This document shows, piece after piece, positions 27,744 through 37,236 of a DNA stretch of 50,569 nucleotides. The stretch lies in NCBI GenBank assembly GCA_963772835.1, contig CAVYYZ010000018.1, positions 1 to 50,569 of the forward strand, given 5' to 3'. This DNA is from an uncultured delta proteobacterium. Its GTDB lineage: Bacteria; Desulfobacterota; Desulfuromonadia; Geobacterales; Pseudopelobacteraceae. The position numbers and the translations under genes are program-made. Position 1 is the first letter of the stretch. Each line of letters opens with the position of its first letter. The notes under the pieces are model-generated. The model saw only the letters and a program-made list of their open reading frames with translations, was not told where the DNA came from and did not search any database.

Positions 27744-30700
27744 ATGAGAGACCTCGGTTTTGCCGGTAAAATTGCCCATGCCTTCATCAATTCCAAGTTG
27801 ACTCCGCTGATTGTAGGGGCCTCACTGCTGCTCGGCTTCTTCGCCGTCAAGATGACCCCTCGCGAAGAGGAACCGCAGATTGTGGTGCCGATGGTGGATA
27901 TTTACCTTCCGATGCCCGGCTCGTCTCCGCAGGAGGTCCAGGAACGGGTAGTCAAGCCTTTTGAAGCCAAGCTGTGGGAGATCAAGGGGGTTGAGTACCT
28001 CTATTCCATGAGCCGTCCCGGCATGGGTATCATTACTGTCCGCTTTCAGGTGGGACAGCCTATGGAAGAATCATTGGTCAAGCTTTACAACAAAGTCATG
28101 AGCAACCGCCCTCTGCTCCCTCCAGGCGCCTACGAACCTCTGGTGGTACCAAAGTCTATTGATGATGTCCCTATTCTGGCAGTGACTCTCTGGTCGGAGC
28201 GTTACGATCACGGGACGTTACGGACTGTGGCACGCGAGGTTGCCGATGAACTGAAAAAAAGCGAAAATACAGCTGAAACATCCATAACCGGCGGACTCTC
28301 CAGACAGCTGCGGGTCACTCTGGATGCACCGCGTCTTGCCGGGTTCGGTCTCTCGCCGCTGCAGGTGGCGGGTGCATTACAGAAGGGCAATTCCTCACTG
28401 CCATCGGGTAGCTTTTCCAACGATAACAGTGAGATATTGGTACAAACCGGCGGATTTCTCGAAAGTGCCGAAGCGGTAAAGCGGTTGGTGATCGGGGTGT
28501 ATGGCGGTAAACCGGTGTATCTGTCGGACGTGGCACGGGTGGAGGACGGCCTGAGTGAACCGGTGGACTATGTTTTTTTCGGTATGGGCCCGGGAGCTGC
28601 ACATAAGGGGATTACCGGAAATTCCACACTGGATTATGCTGCAGTAACTATCGCCGTTGCCAAGCGCGCTGGAGCCAACGCCACCTGGATTGCAGACGAC
28701 CTGCTGAAGAGAGTTGAGTTCATGAAAGGGAAGATTATCCCTTCTGATGTCCATGTAACCATCACGCGCAATTACGGAGAGACCGCCCGTGAAAAGAATA
28801 ACGAACTGCTTTTCCATATGTTTCTTGCTGCCATCTCGGTCACTCTCCTGATCGCTCTCTTTATGGGGTGGCGGGCCGGAGCAGTGGCGGCGATCGCAAT
28901 TCCGGTCACTCTGGCGCTGACGTTGATGGTGATTTATCTGATTGGGTACACCCTCAACCGCATCACGCTCTTTGCGCTTATCTTTTCGATCGGGATTTTG
29001 GTTGATGATGCGATTGTCGTTGTGGAAAATATCCACCGGTTTTTCACCACTAAAATAATGGATCCCCTGGAGGCGGCAATACGTGCGGTGGATGAGGTCG
29101 GTAATCCGACGGTTCTTGCCACCTTTGCCGTCATCGCTTCTGTTATGCCGATGGGTTTTGTGGGCGGTCTGATGGGCCCCTACATGCGCCCGATCCCTGT
29201 CGGAGCCAGTACCGCCATGCTCCTTTCCATGTTCATCGCCTTCATTGTTACCCCCTATTTTGCCTTCCGGTTTATGAAAGGGACGTCACATCAGAGTGCA
29301 GCAGATGAAATAAAGGTATCGAAGCTGACGATCTTCTATCGCCGCTTGATGGGAAGGTTTCTGCATGACTCAAAAATGCGGAATGCGTTTCTGGGTGGTG
29401 TTGTTCTGTTATTGCTGGTTTCCTGTTCACTGATCTATTTTAAAGCGGTTACTGTAAAAATGCTCCCGTTTGACAATAAAAACGAACTGCAGATTATCAT
29501 TGATTCTCCTGACGGCACTCCGCTGGAGCAGACCGCTCGTATGACCCGTGAAATGGGGAATGTGCTCCGCACCGTCCCGGAGGTAACAGATTTTCAACAG
29601 TATATCGGCACCAATGCACCGTTCAATTTCAATGGGCTGGTGCGCCACTATTATCTGCGTAAAGGATCGAGTCTGGCTGATATCCAGGTCAATCTGCTCC
29701 CGAAGGAGGAACGTAAGGAACAGTCTCATGAGATTGCCAAACGCATCCGTCCCCTGGTGAAGGTAATTGCAGATAAATACAGTGCACGGGTAAAGGTGGC
29801 CGAGATCCCTCCGGGTCCTCCGGTGCTGGCAACTCTGGTGGCTGAATTGTATGGGCCTGATGACGCATCGCGTGCAGCTGCAGCTGCAAAAGTCAAGGGT
29901 ATCATGGCCAAAACCGAGGGTGTGGTAGATGTTGACTGGTACCGGGAGGATAACCAGTCCAAGCTTACCTTTGCCGTTGATCGCGAGAAAGCGTCGCTTT
30001 CCGGCGTCGCCGTGGATGACGTTGCTAAAACCCTGCGTATCGCCCTGAGTGGTCAGGATGCCGGACTGCTGCACCTGGCAAAAGAGAAGGAACCGGTGAC
30101 CATCAACCTTCGGCTCCCCGCCGGTCAGCGGAGTTCCGCTGCCGCGTTGTCATCAATATATGTTTCCGGAACGAAGGGAAACATCCCGTTGTCACAACTT
30201 GTACGCGTCAGTTCGGCTAATGAGGATAAGACCCTTTATCGTAAAAACCTGAAAAATGTCGTGTATGTGACTGCCGATGTAGCAGGACAGATTGAGGCGC
30301 CGGTGTATGCCATACTGAAGATGCAGAAGGAGATTGATGCCATTTCTTCATCAGACGGGCGGAAGATTGAGGTGCTTGCCTCACGTCAGCCATGGAGCGA
30401 AGAGCATCTTGGCATGAAGTGGGACGGCGAATGGCACATCACCTTTGAAGTGTTTCGTGATCTGGGGATCGCTTTCGGGGCTGTCATGGTGCTGATTTAC
30501 ATCCTGGTGGTTGCCTGGTTCAGAGATTTTACCACACCATTGGTAATTATGGCTCCGATTCCGCTGACCCTTATCGGTATCCTGCCCGGGCATGCCATGT
30601 TCGGGGCATTCTTTACCGCCACCAGCATGATCGGCTTCATTGCGCTGGCCGGCATCATCGTTCGTAACTCGATAATTCTTATTGATTTTGCAGTACTGCG

Positions 30701-30959
30701 CCAGCAGCAGGGATTGCCGCTGGATGAAGCTATTATCGAGGCCGGGGCAGTTCGCTTTCGACCGATGCTCTTAACCGCAGCGGCTGTTGTCGTGGGGAGT
30801 TTTGTCATCCTGTTCGATCCGATCTTCCAGGGGTTGGCTATCGCCATGATGTGTGGTGAAATCGCAGCGACAACCCTGTCTCAGATTACAATTCCGATTT
30901 TGTATTTTCTGGTACAACGCAGAAAAGCACCGCGCACCGTCGAAGTTGTCACCCCGTAA
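27744..30959 (+). CDS. RND efflux permease
   Basis: 1071 aa, PREEEPQIVVP, GILVDDAIVVVENI, RFRPMLLT. Confidence 0.95.
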   Translation: MRDLGFAGKIAHAFINSKLTPLIVGASLLLGFFAVKMTPREEEPQIVVPMVDIYLPMPGSSPQEVQERVVKPFEAKLWEIKGVEYLYSMSRPGMGIITVRFQVGQPMEESLVKLYNKVMSNRPLLPPGAYEPLVVPKSIDDVPILAVTLWSERYDHGTLRTVAREVADELKKSENTAETSITGGLSRQLRVTLDAPRLAGFGLSPLQVAGALQKGNSSLPSGSFSNDNSEILVQTGGFLESAEAVKRLVIGVYGGKPVYLSDVARVEDGLSEPVDYVFFGMGPGAAHKGITGNSTLDYAAVTIAVAKRAGANATWIADDLLKRVEFMKGKIIPSDVHVTITRNYGETAREKNNELLFHMFLAAISVTLLIALFMGWRAGAVAAIAIPVTLALTLMVIYLIGYTLNRITLFALIFSIGILVDDAIVVVENIHRFFTTKIMDPLEAAIRAVDEVGNPTVLATFAVIASVMPMGFVGGLMGPYMRPIPVGASTAMLLSMFIAFIVTPYFAFRFMKGTSHQSAADEIKVSKLTIFYRRLMGRFLHDSKMRNAFLGGVVLLLLVSCSLIYFKAVTVKMLPFDNKNELQIIIDSPDGTPLEQTARMTREMGNVLRTVPEVTDFQQYIGTNAPFNFNGLVRHYYLRKGSSLADIQVNLLPKEERKEQSHEIAKRIRPLVKVIADKYSARVKVAEIPPGPPVLATLVAELYGPDDASRAAAAAKVKGIMAKTEGVVDVDWYREDNQSKLTFAVDREKASLSGVAVDDVAKTLRIALSGQDAGLLHLAKEKEPVTINLRLPAGQRSSAAALSSIYVSGTKGNIPLSQLVRVSSANEDKTLYRKNLKNVVYVTADVAGQIEAPVYAILKMQKEIDAISSSDGRKIEVLASRQPWSEEHLGMKWDGEWHITFEVFRDLGIAFGAVMVLIYILVVAWFRDFTTPLVIMAPIPLTLIGILPGHAMFGAFFTATSMIGFIALAGIIVRNSIILIDFAVLRQQQGLPLDEAIIEAGAVRFRPMLLTAAAVVVGSFVILFDPIFQGLAIAMMCGEIAATTLSQITIPILYFLVQRRKAPRTVEVVTP

Positions 30960-30970
30960 AGAGAGGAAAC

Positions 30971-31402
30971 ATGTTCTGGTCGAAAAAAACAAAGCTGCCT
31001 GTAGAAGGTCAGGAACTGGCCGGGCAATGCCGGGCAGAAGCCGAACAGTTGTACCGGTCAGGGAAATATCACTGTGCGGAAGCGGTGTTGGAGGTCGTGC
31101 GGCGGCATTTCGCGGCAGACCTGCCGGAATCGATAGTCGGCACCGTATCGGGTTTCGGCGGCGGTTCCGGTTCTGGGTGTATCTGCGGGGCAGTTTCAGG
31201 CGCCACCGTTGCACTCGGGTTGATTTTGGCGGATAAGAAGGAAACCTCTCATCTTACGAGGGAACTGCATACCTGGTTTAAGGAAAAGTACGGAGTGACA
31301 TGCTGCAAAATCATCCGTCAGAACCACAAGGGTGTCTGCCCGGTGCTGACGGGTGAAGTAGCGGGAAAGGTCGCTGAAATGCTGGGAAGAAAAAATCCGT
31401 GA
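30971..31402 (+). CDS. C_GCAxxG_C_C family putative redox protein
   Basis: YHCAEAV, GFGGG, CICGAVSG, TCC, C. Confidence 0.85.
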   Translation: MFWSKKTKLPVEGQELAGQCRAEAEQLYRSGKYHCAEAVLEVVRRHFAADLPESIVGTVSGFGGGSGSGCICGAVSGATVALGLILADKKETSHLTRELHTWFKEKYGVTCCKIIRQNHKGVCPVLTGEVAGKVAEMLGRKNP

Positions 31403-31414
31403 AAGGAAACGTAT

Positions 31415-31600
31415 ATGAATGATCTACTGATGCTGGTTGGAATACTGATATTCTGGGTAGTTCTTCAGAAATACATTCTGCCCCGTCTCGGGGTGCGAAC
31501 CTGAATGTCTGATTCATGTGACCTCGGGGACCGGGGCACGAACAGTACCATCGAAAAAACTCATGACAATAAAAAAGGAATCAAAGGTGATACACCATGA
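31415..31600 (+). CDS. Unannotated 61-aa membrane-anchored candidate selenoprotein (Sec30, U-x4-C)
   Basis: AAGGA RBS + ATG 31415; [32 protein letters not shown](31502)[11 protein letters not shown]...GDTP-stop, where the stop overlaps the next ATG; SECIS-like hairpin. Confidence 0.72.
31513..31542 (+). promoter_or_regulatory. Bacterial SECIS-like hairpin
   Basis: TTC(at)GTG(a)CCTCGG-GGA-CCGGGG-CAC-GAA; G-initial loop begins 24 nt after the UGA. Confidence 0.65.
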
Positions 31601-31821
31601 AAGATGAATTCTACATCGAGCGTATCGTGCGCATTGTGGCAGGAGCATTTGTTATGATCTCGCTGCTTCTGGCCCATTTCCATTCACCAAACTGGCTCTG
31701 GTTTACCGGTTTTGTCGGCCTGAACCTATTTCAGTCTGGATTTACACAGTTCTGCCCCATGTTTAACATTCTTGCAAAAATGGGTGTTCCACGCTTTCCG
31801 AAGAGCGGTTGCTGCAAGTGA
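31597..31821 (+). CDS. DUF2892/YgaP-like membrane protein
   Basis: [26 protein letters not shown], tail GCCK. Confidence 0.88.
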   Translation: MKDEFYIERIVRIVAGAFVMISLLLAHFHSPNWLWFTGFVGLNLFQSGFTQFCPMFNILAKMGVPRFPKSGCCK

Positions 31822-32651
31822 CCTTCCGTATTACCATTCTCTGTGAAAACTCTGTGGGGCCGATCTCAGGATCTTTGGGTGAACATGGATTTTCAGCATT
31901 GATCGAGCCGTCAGGCAGTGATCCATTGCTGTTTGACACCGGTCAGGGGCTGACTCTGCTGCACAACGCACAGCGTATGAACAAGGACCTGTCTAAAGTC
32001 AGTCGGGTTGTCATTTCTCACGGGCATTATGATCACACCGGAGGCTTGAAGCCGTTATTGGAAGAGTACGGAGTACAACAGGTGTATAGCCATCCGGAGG
32101 TTTTCCGTTCCCGCTATCGGGTGAAAGACACCGGTGAGTGTTATCCGATTTCTTTCCCCGCCAGTCGTGCGGAATTAGAAGCCCTGGGAGCTCATTTCAA
32201 TCTCTCAAAAGAATTCTGCGTCATAGCTCCCGGAATCTATCTGACCGGTGAAGTGCCTCGCGTGACTGATTTTGAAGCAGGAGATCAGGGGCTGTATTGT
32301 GATTGTACCGGACAGGAACTTGATACAACCCCGGACGACCAGTCTCTGGTGCTTGAAACTGAGAAAGGCCTGGTTCTTGTCCTGGGATGCTGCCATGCCG
32401 GATTGGTAAACACAATTGAACATGTTGCATATATGACCGGACGCCGCGACATTTATGCCGTAATCGGCGGCACTCACCTCGGTTTCTGCAGCCAGGAGCA
32501 GATTAGTAAGTCGATTTATGCGCTGCGAACTCTCGGGATTAAAAAGCTGGCCGTCAGTCACTGCACCGGTTTTGCTGCATCTGCGAGGTTGTCACGGGAA
32601 ATGCCGAAGGAATTTCAGATGGCCATGGTTGGCTATACTCTTGAAGTATGA
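31818..32651 (+). CDS. MBL-fold metallo-hydrolase
   Basis: [39 protein letters not shown] overlap. Confidence 0.9.
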   Translation: MTFRITILCENSVGPISGSLGEHGFSALIEPSGSDPLLFDTGQGLTLLHNAQRMNKDLSKVSRVVISHGHYDHTGGLKPLLEEYGVQQVYSHPEVFRSRYRVKDTGECYPISFPASRAELEALGAHFNLSKEFCVIAPGIYLTGEVPRVTDFEAGDQGLYCDCTGQELDTTPDDQSLVLETEKGLVLVLGCCHAGLVNTIEHVAYMTGRRDIYAVIGGTHLGFCSQEQISKSIYALRTLGIKKLAVSHCTGFAASARLSREMPKEFQMAMVGYTLEV

Positions 32652-32677
32652 AAATTAGATCGAAAAGGATTTGAGTA

Positions 32678-33052
32678 ATGAAAAATATTTTGCTGACTCT
32701 GTTGATGATTGCAATGACGGTAACGCAGGTCTGGTCTGCCGAAAGAGATATTTCATCCCGTGACGCCAGGCTGTTACTGGATTCGAATAAAAGTATTTAT
32801 CTGCTGGATGTTCGTACCCCTCAGGAATACAGCCAGGGCAAGTTAGCCGGTTCTGTTCTAATCCCGATCGGCGAGCTTGAACGTCGAATCAGAGAGGTGC
32901 CGAAGAACAGGACTATTGTTGTGTATTGTGCAGTCGGTTCCCGCTCGAAGCCGGTGGCCACCTTTCTGGCCCGGCAGGGGTACAAGGATGTCTACAACAT
33001 GACCGACGGTATTGTCGGCTGGTATCGCAACGGATTTCCCATACAGCGATGA
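32678..33052 (+). CDS. Exported single-domain rhodanese (sulfurtransferase)
   Basis: Signal peptide, LDVRTPQEY, YCAVGSRS. Confidence 0.9.
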   Translation: MKNILLTLLMIAMTVTQVWSAERDISSRDARLLLDSNKSIYLLDVRTPQEYSQGKLAGSVLIPIGELERRIREVPKNRTIVVYCAVGSRSKPVATFLARQGYKDVYNMTDGIVGWYRNGFPIQR

Positions 33053-33489
33053 TGAAGTAAACTAAGTACGCAGATAGTTATAACGCTGTAACGTCGGTTC
33101 GTAATGCTAGAAATGTATTATGACCTGCCAGATGAAAACACGCCTCAACCCGGCACATCGCCCTCCTACCCATATTCACCTCCATCTATATAGAAAAATA
33201 TATCATACCCCGCTTGACATACTGCTTTTCTGCAGTACGCTCTACCTTGTCGGATGCATGCAGGGTACATTCTGCCTGTTCTATTTTCTGCAGTTGCGCC
33301 ATAAATATTCAAAACACCATATATTATAATAGTAAAATAGTCGGGTAAGCATATTGCAGCAAACCCGTTAGATGAATACAGCGGAAAACACGATTAAAGG
33401 AGGTGAATTGAGTTTTTGTCTGTAATAACGTGCCATTATGAACATTTAATGTATCCGGGTGGCAGTAAAAAAACTGAATTGGAGGTAGT

Positions 33490-35178
33490 ATGAAACGTAA
33501 AATGACGAAAAAACTGCTTTGTATCACGTTTGTAGGATTGATGTTTCCTCTGGCTGCTCACGCAGATGATTCTGATTTACTGCGGAGAATCGATACATTA
33601 AGCAAAGAGGTTGCCGACCTTAAAGGATCGGTCAAAAAGGTCGAAGATAAATCGATCAGCAAATGGCTGACAATCGGCGGCGAGTACCGCTTTCGGGTCG
33701 ATTCAATGCATGGTAAGACCTCTGCTTATACAGATCCGAACCTCATGTTTTCAACTGTTGGCAGTCTTCTCCAATCAGAGGCATTTTCACTCGGGTCCGG
33801 TATCGGTTCATTGGGTATGCCGGCAGGTCCGGCTTTGGCAGCGTTCATGGCTTTTGGCAACACGATGAAGAACACAAATACGTATGCAGGGGCACAAGCA
33901 TTTCTTAATCCTGTGACCAATCCACTGGTCGGTGCCATGAGTACTCTTTCCACCTATGGCGCTGTCGATGAATCCAAACCCAAAAATGAGACACTTTACA
34001 CGAATAAGTTCAGTCTCGACCTGACGGCCAAGGCCACTCAGGATATCACCGTCCATGCCAAACTGGGTATGTACAAGAGTTTCGGGTCCCAGGACGATTC
34101 CCAGGTAACCGGCAATTATTTTTCCGACCGTGTGGGTGTATTTGACGGAACCCTCGGTCATATCCCCTCAGAAAGTCTGCTTAATGTTGATCGTGCGTAT
34201 GCTACCTGGAGCAATATTCTCGATCAGCCGCTCTGGTTCTCTGTCGGCCGTCGTCCCTCCAGCGATGGCGCTCCCAGTAACCTGAGGCTCAACAAGGAGC
34301 GCCCCGGCAACGGTGGTGTGCCTTCACTGATGGTCAATTATGCATATGACGGCATGACTGTAGGGTATGCACCTGATATTGATTCGCTGTCAGGGGCCTA
34401 TATCAAGTTGTGTTATGGCCGCGGCTATGACAGCGGCATCAAAACATCTACCACCAGCCTCAAAGATATGGATATGACGGGCGTTATAGTTAACGCTATT
34501 GATACTGATCCACTGCGGGTATGGCTGCAGTGGAACCACGCGTATAACCTTCTGGATTTCCCTGTTATGAAGGATACTGCTTTCGGAAACACAGCCCCGT
34601 CTACAAATCTCGGAGACATCGACTGGCTCGGTACCGGTGCCCTGAGCACCCTTAAAAATGTCGGACCAGGTTCATTAAACCTGTTCACCGATTTTGCCCT
34701 GAGCATGACTCATCCCAATGGCAATGTCTCGGGTCAGGCAGGATTTCAGGGGCTTCTGACCGGCAGCTTCCTTGATCCGGAAGCACCGACGGATAAAACC
34801 GGGTGGGCAGTGTCTGCGGGGGTGCGTTATGATCTGCCTTCAAAAACCAAGTTCGGTTTCGAGTTCAATCATGGTTCGAAAAACTGGATTACCATGGCTT
34901 TTGCAGCAGACGACATGTGGACCAGCAAGGTCGGCACACGCGGCAATGTCTACGAACCATACGTCATCCAGGAGTTGAATCTGAAGCCGATTTCCAGCTA
35001 TTTTGCCAAAGCTTTCTTCAAGCTTGGTTACCAGTATTACGACTTTGAATATACCGGTAGCAATAACTGGTTAGGGGCTCCGCAAAAGATATCTGACATT
35101 AAATCCACTGACATGATGCTTTTGGCACCAGTTAAGTACGCGCATAATGTGTACGGTACATTTGAGGTACAATTTTAG
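33490..35178 (+). CDS. DUF3373-like outer-membrane porin
   Basis: Signal peptide, short coiled coil, GGEYRFRVD, SVGRRPS, FNHGSKNW, C-terminal Phe. Confidence 0.78.
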   Translation: MKRKMTKKLLCITFVGLMFPLAAHADDSDLLRRIDTLSKEVADLKGSVKKVEDKSISKWLTIGGEYRFRVDSMHGKTSAYTDPNLMFSTVGSLLQSEAFSLGSGIGSLGMPAGPALAAFMAFGNTMKNTNTYAGAQAFLNPVTNPLVGAMSTLSTYGAVDESKPKNETLYTNKFSLDLTAKATQDITVHAKLGMYKSFGSQDDSQVTGNYFSDRVGVFDGTLGHIPSESLLNVDRAYATWSNILDQPLWFSVGRRPSSDGAPSNLRLNKERPGNGGVPSLMVNYAYDGMTVGYAPDIDSLSGAYIKLCYGRGYDSGIKTSTTSLKDMDMTGVIVNAIDTDPLRVWLQWNHAYNLLDFPVMKDTAFGNTAPSTNLGDIDWLGTGALSTLKNVGPGSLNLFTDFALSMTHPNGNVSGQAGFQGLLTGSFLDPEAPTDKTGWAVSAGVRYDLPSKTKFGFEFNHGSKNWITMAFAADDMWTSKVGTRGNVYEPYVIQELNLKPISSYFAKAFFKLGYQYYDFEYTGSNNWLGAPQKISDIKSTDMMLLAPVKYAHNVYGTFEVQF

Positions 35179-35191
35179 AACCAGAGGCTGT

Positions 35192-35221
35192 CGGGGAGTG
35201 TGAAAACTCCCCGGTTTTTTA
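35192..35221 (+). terminator. Intrinsic terminator after the porin
   Basis: CGGGGAGT-gtgaaa-ACTCCCCG-gTTTTTTT. Confidence 0.8.
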
Positions 35222-35295
35222 GACAACTAACTGAGCTGATGCCGGTTATCTGTCAGGAGTACTTTAAAATATTTGCATGGAAGGAGTACCTAACA

Positions 35296-35619
35296 ATGAA
35301 AAAAATACTCTCAACGTTTATGATATTTGCACTTGTAATGTTTTCTTCACTCGCTGTTGTCAGAAACGCCAGTGCAGAAGAGTTAAAAATGACAGGGACA
35401 ATCACGAAATTGGCGCTTTCTTCAGATGGTAAATCAGCAGTAGCGGTATTAAAAGACAGCAAAACAGAGGAACTGGTCACAATTACCGTTACTGATGAGC
35501 TCACTCTCGACAAGTTCAAGGACAAGCGAATTGTTGAAGGCGATGAAATCCGCACCAAATATGAGAAATCCGGGGATGTAAATGTGAGTAAGATGTTCAA
35601 GAAGACAGCCGGCTGCTAG
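35296..35619 (+). CDS. Small exported beta-rich protein ending in AGC (ExtJ-like)
   Basis: AAGGAG RBS, signal peptide ASA, C-terminal KKTAGC. Confidence 0.75.
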   Translation: MKKILSTFMIFALVMFSSLAVVRNASAEELKMTGTITKLALSSDGKSAVAVLKDSKTEELVTITVTDELTLDKFKDKRIVEGDEIRTKYEKSGDVNVSKMFKKTAGC

Positions 35620-35649
35620 GTTGAAACTCAGTGAGGAGGGACGTACATC

Positions 35650-37053
35650 ATGGTCAATAAGATACTTTTTTTCGCCGCGACCGCATGTCTGTCTGTAGCG
35701 GCAGTATGTGCGGCTGAACCGCCCGCGCCGACGGTTACACCTGCGAAACCTACAATTGCAAAGATCTGCACCAACTGTCATACGGCCGAACCGGGAGCCG
35801 TACGCGGAAATTTCGATATTGTTACGTTCAAGGCCAAAACTATTCAAGTGAGGATTGATAGTGCTGTTGAACAGTTTAAGTTTGACGAAGACGAAATCAA
35901 GGTTGTAAACGGCGCAGGCAAGACCGGCGACGGAGAGTTCTTAAAAGATAACCTGATTAAAAAAGGGCATGAAATAAAGGTGGAATACACGGAAAAAGAC
36001 GGTGTCAAGACGGCAGTGAAGCTGATTGAAAAGCCCCCGGTCACCGTTTCAGAAGAAATGCTGATGAAAACGCCTGATGTTGAGAAACTGGTTGCGCAAG
36101 GGCCGGAAAAAGGGAAATATTACCTTTTTGATTCACGCCCTCTGCCCCGCTTTCAGGATGGATATATCCCCACGGCCATCAATTTTCCATTCCCTTCTTT
36201 TGATAAGCTTGCAGATAGTCTGCTGCCAAAGGACAAAAATGCGCTCGTAATATTCTACTGTGCTGGCACATCCTGCAATATGAGCCCGGGTGCGGCCGAA
36301 AAGGCAAAGAAGCTAGGGTATACTAACGTAAAGGTTTACAAAGACGGCATGCCGGGTTGGCAGGAGAAAAACTACGGTGTTATATCAAGCCAGTTCCTGA
36401 AAGAGGCATGGATAGACAAAAATATTCCCCATGTACTGCTTGACGCTCGAACCGCCAAAGAGGCCGGTAAAGGCTATATCAAGAGTGCGGTATCTTTTCC
36501 TGCCAAACAGGCTGCAAAGCTTGTCAAGAAGCTCGAAGTCAAAAAAAATGCCCCGATTATTGTGTATGATCAGAAGGGTGGCAAGGATGCTGTAACAGTC
36601 GCCAGGGTGCTCATTAAAGACGGTTTCAAAAGGGTCGTGCTGTTAACCGGCGGGTTCGAAGGCTGGCAGTCGGCCACATATGATGTCGTGAGCGGTAAAC
36701 TGACGGTAAAAGCAACCTACATCCCCAAGCCGATGCCGGGTGAGATACATCTGGATGAATTCAGGAAGTATGCAGCGGAACTTCCTTCTAACGTCATGCT
36801 CGTCGATGCCCGTACAGCTACCGAAGGCAAAGCCGGAATGATCAAGGGTGCCAGGCTGATTCCGGCCGATGAGATCAAGGATCGCCTTGCTGAGTTTCCC
36901 AAGGACAAGTTGATTGTGTTTTACTGTAATACCGGTACGATAGCTGAAGTGGCATATAACACACTAAAGGGACTGGGTTACTCCAACGTCAAATATGCCA
37001 ATGCCAAAGTGGCATTTGATAAAAGCGGCAACTACTCTATTTCGAAGGAATGA
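35650..37053 (+). CDS. Periplasmic monoheme cytochrome c - triple rhodanese fusion
   Basis: CTNCH; rhodanese domains with FYCAGTSC, VYDQKGG (Cys replaced by Asp) and FYCNTGT. Confidence 0.85.
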   Translation: MVNKILFFAATACLSVAAVCAAEPPAPTVTPAKPTIAKICTNCHTAEPGAVRGNFDIVTFKAKTIQVRIDSAVEQFKFDEDEIKVVNGAGKTGDGEFLKDNLIKKGHEIKVEYTEKDGVKTAVKLIEKPPVTVSEEMLMKTPDVEKLVAQGPEKGKYYLFDSRPLPRFQDGYIPTAINFPFPSFDKLADSLLPKDKNALVIFYCAGTSCNMSPGAAEKAKKLGYTNVKVYKDGMPGWQEKNYGVISSQFLKEAWIDKNIPHVLLDARTAKEAGKGYIKSAVSFPAKQAAKLVKKLEVKKNAPIIVYDQKGGKDAVTVARVLIKDGFKRVVLLTGGFEGWQSATYDVVSGKLTVKATYIPKPMPGEIHLDEFRKYAAELPSNVMLVDARTATEGKAGMIKGARLIPADEIKDRLAEFPKDKLIVFYCNTGTIAEVAYNTLKGLGYSNVKYANAKVAFDKSGNYSISKE

Positions 37054-37060
37054 ATTTAGT

Positions 37061-37109
37061 AGCGTATGCACTTTCAGCAATTGGCTGAAAGTGCATACGC
37101 TTCTTCTTT
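37061..37109 (+). terminator. 18-bp perfect stem-loop (terminator or mRNA stabiliser)
   Basis: AGCGTATGCACTTTCAGC-aattg-GCTGAAAGTGCATACGCT then TCTTCTTT. Confidence 0.75.
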
Positions 37110-37236
37110 AGTTTGTGGACTCTTTTTATTTATCAATAAATATGCATAAATACGAATAAATGGAACATGCGTTTAAGTGATATGTACCGTGCTTTTGTGC
37201 ACTATTGAATGTGCCAAATGTCGAAAGGAAATGAAA

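Noticed and set aside
33340..33400. Possible cyclic-dinucleotide (GEMM) riboswitch in the porin leader (GCAAACC...GGAAA)
   Set aside because: The P2 stem, tetraloop/receptor and GGGACG-AAAGC elements cannot be formed.
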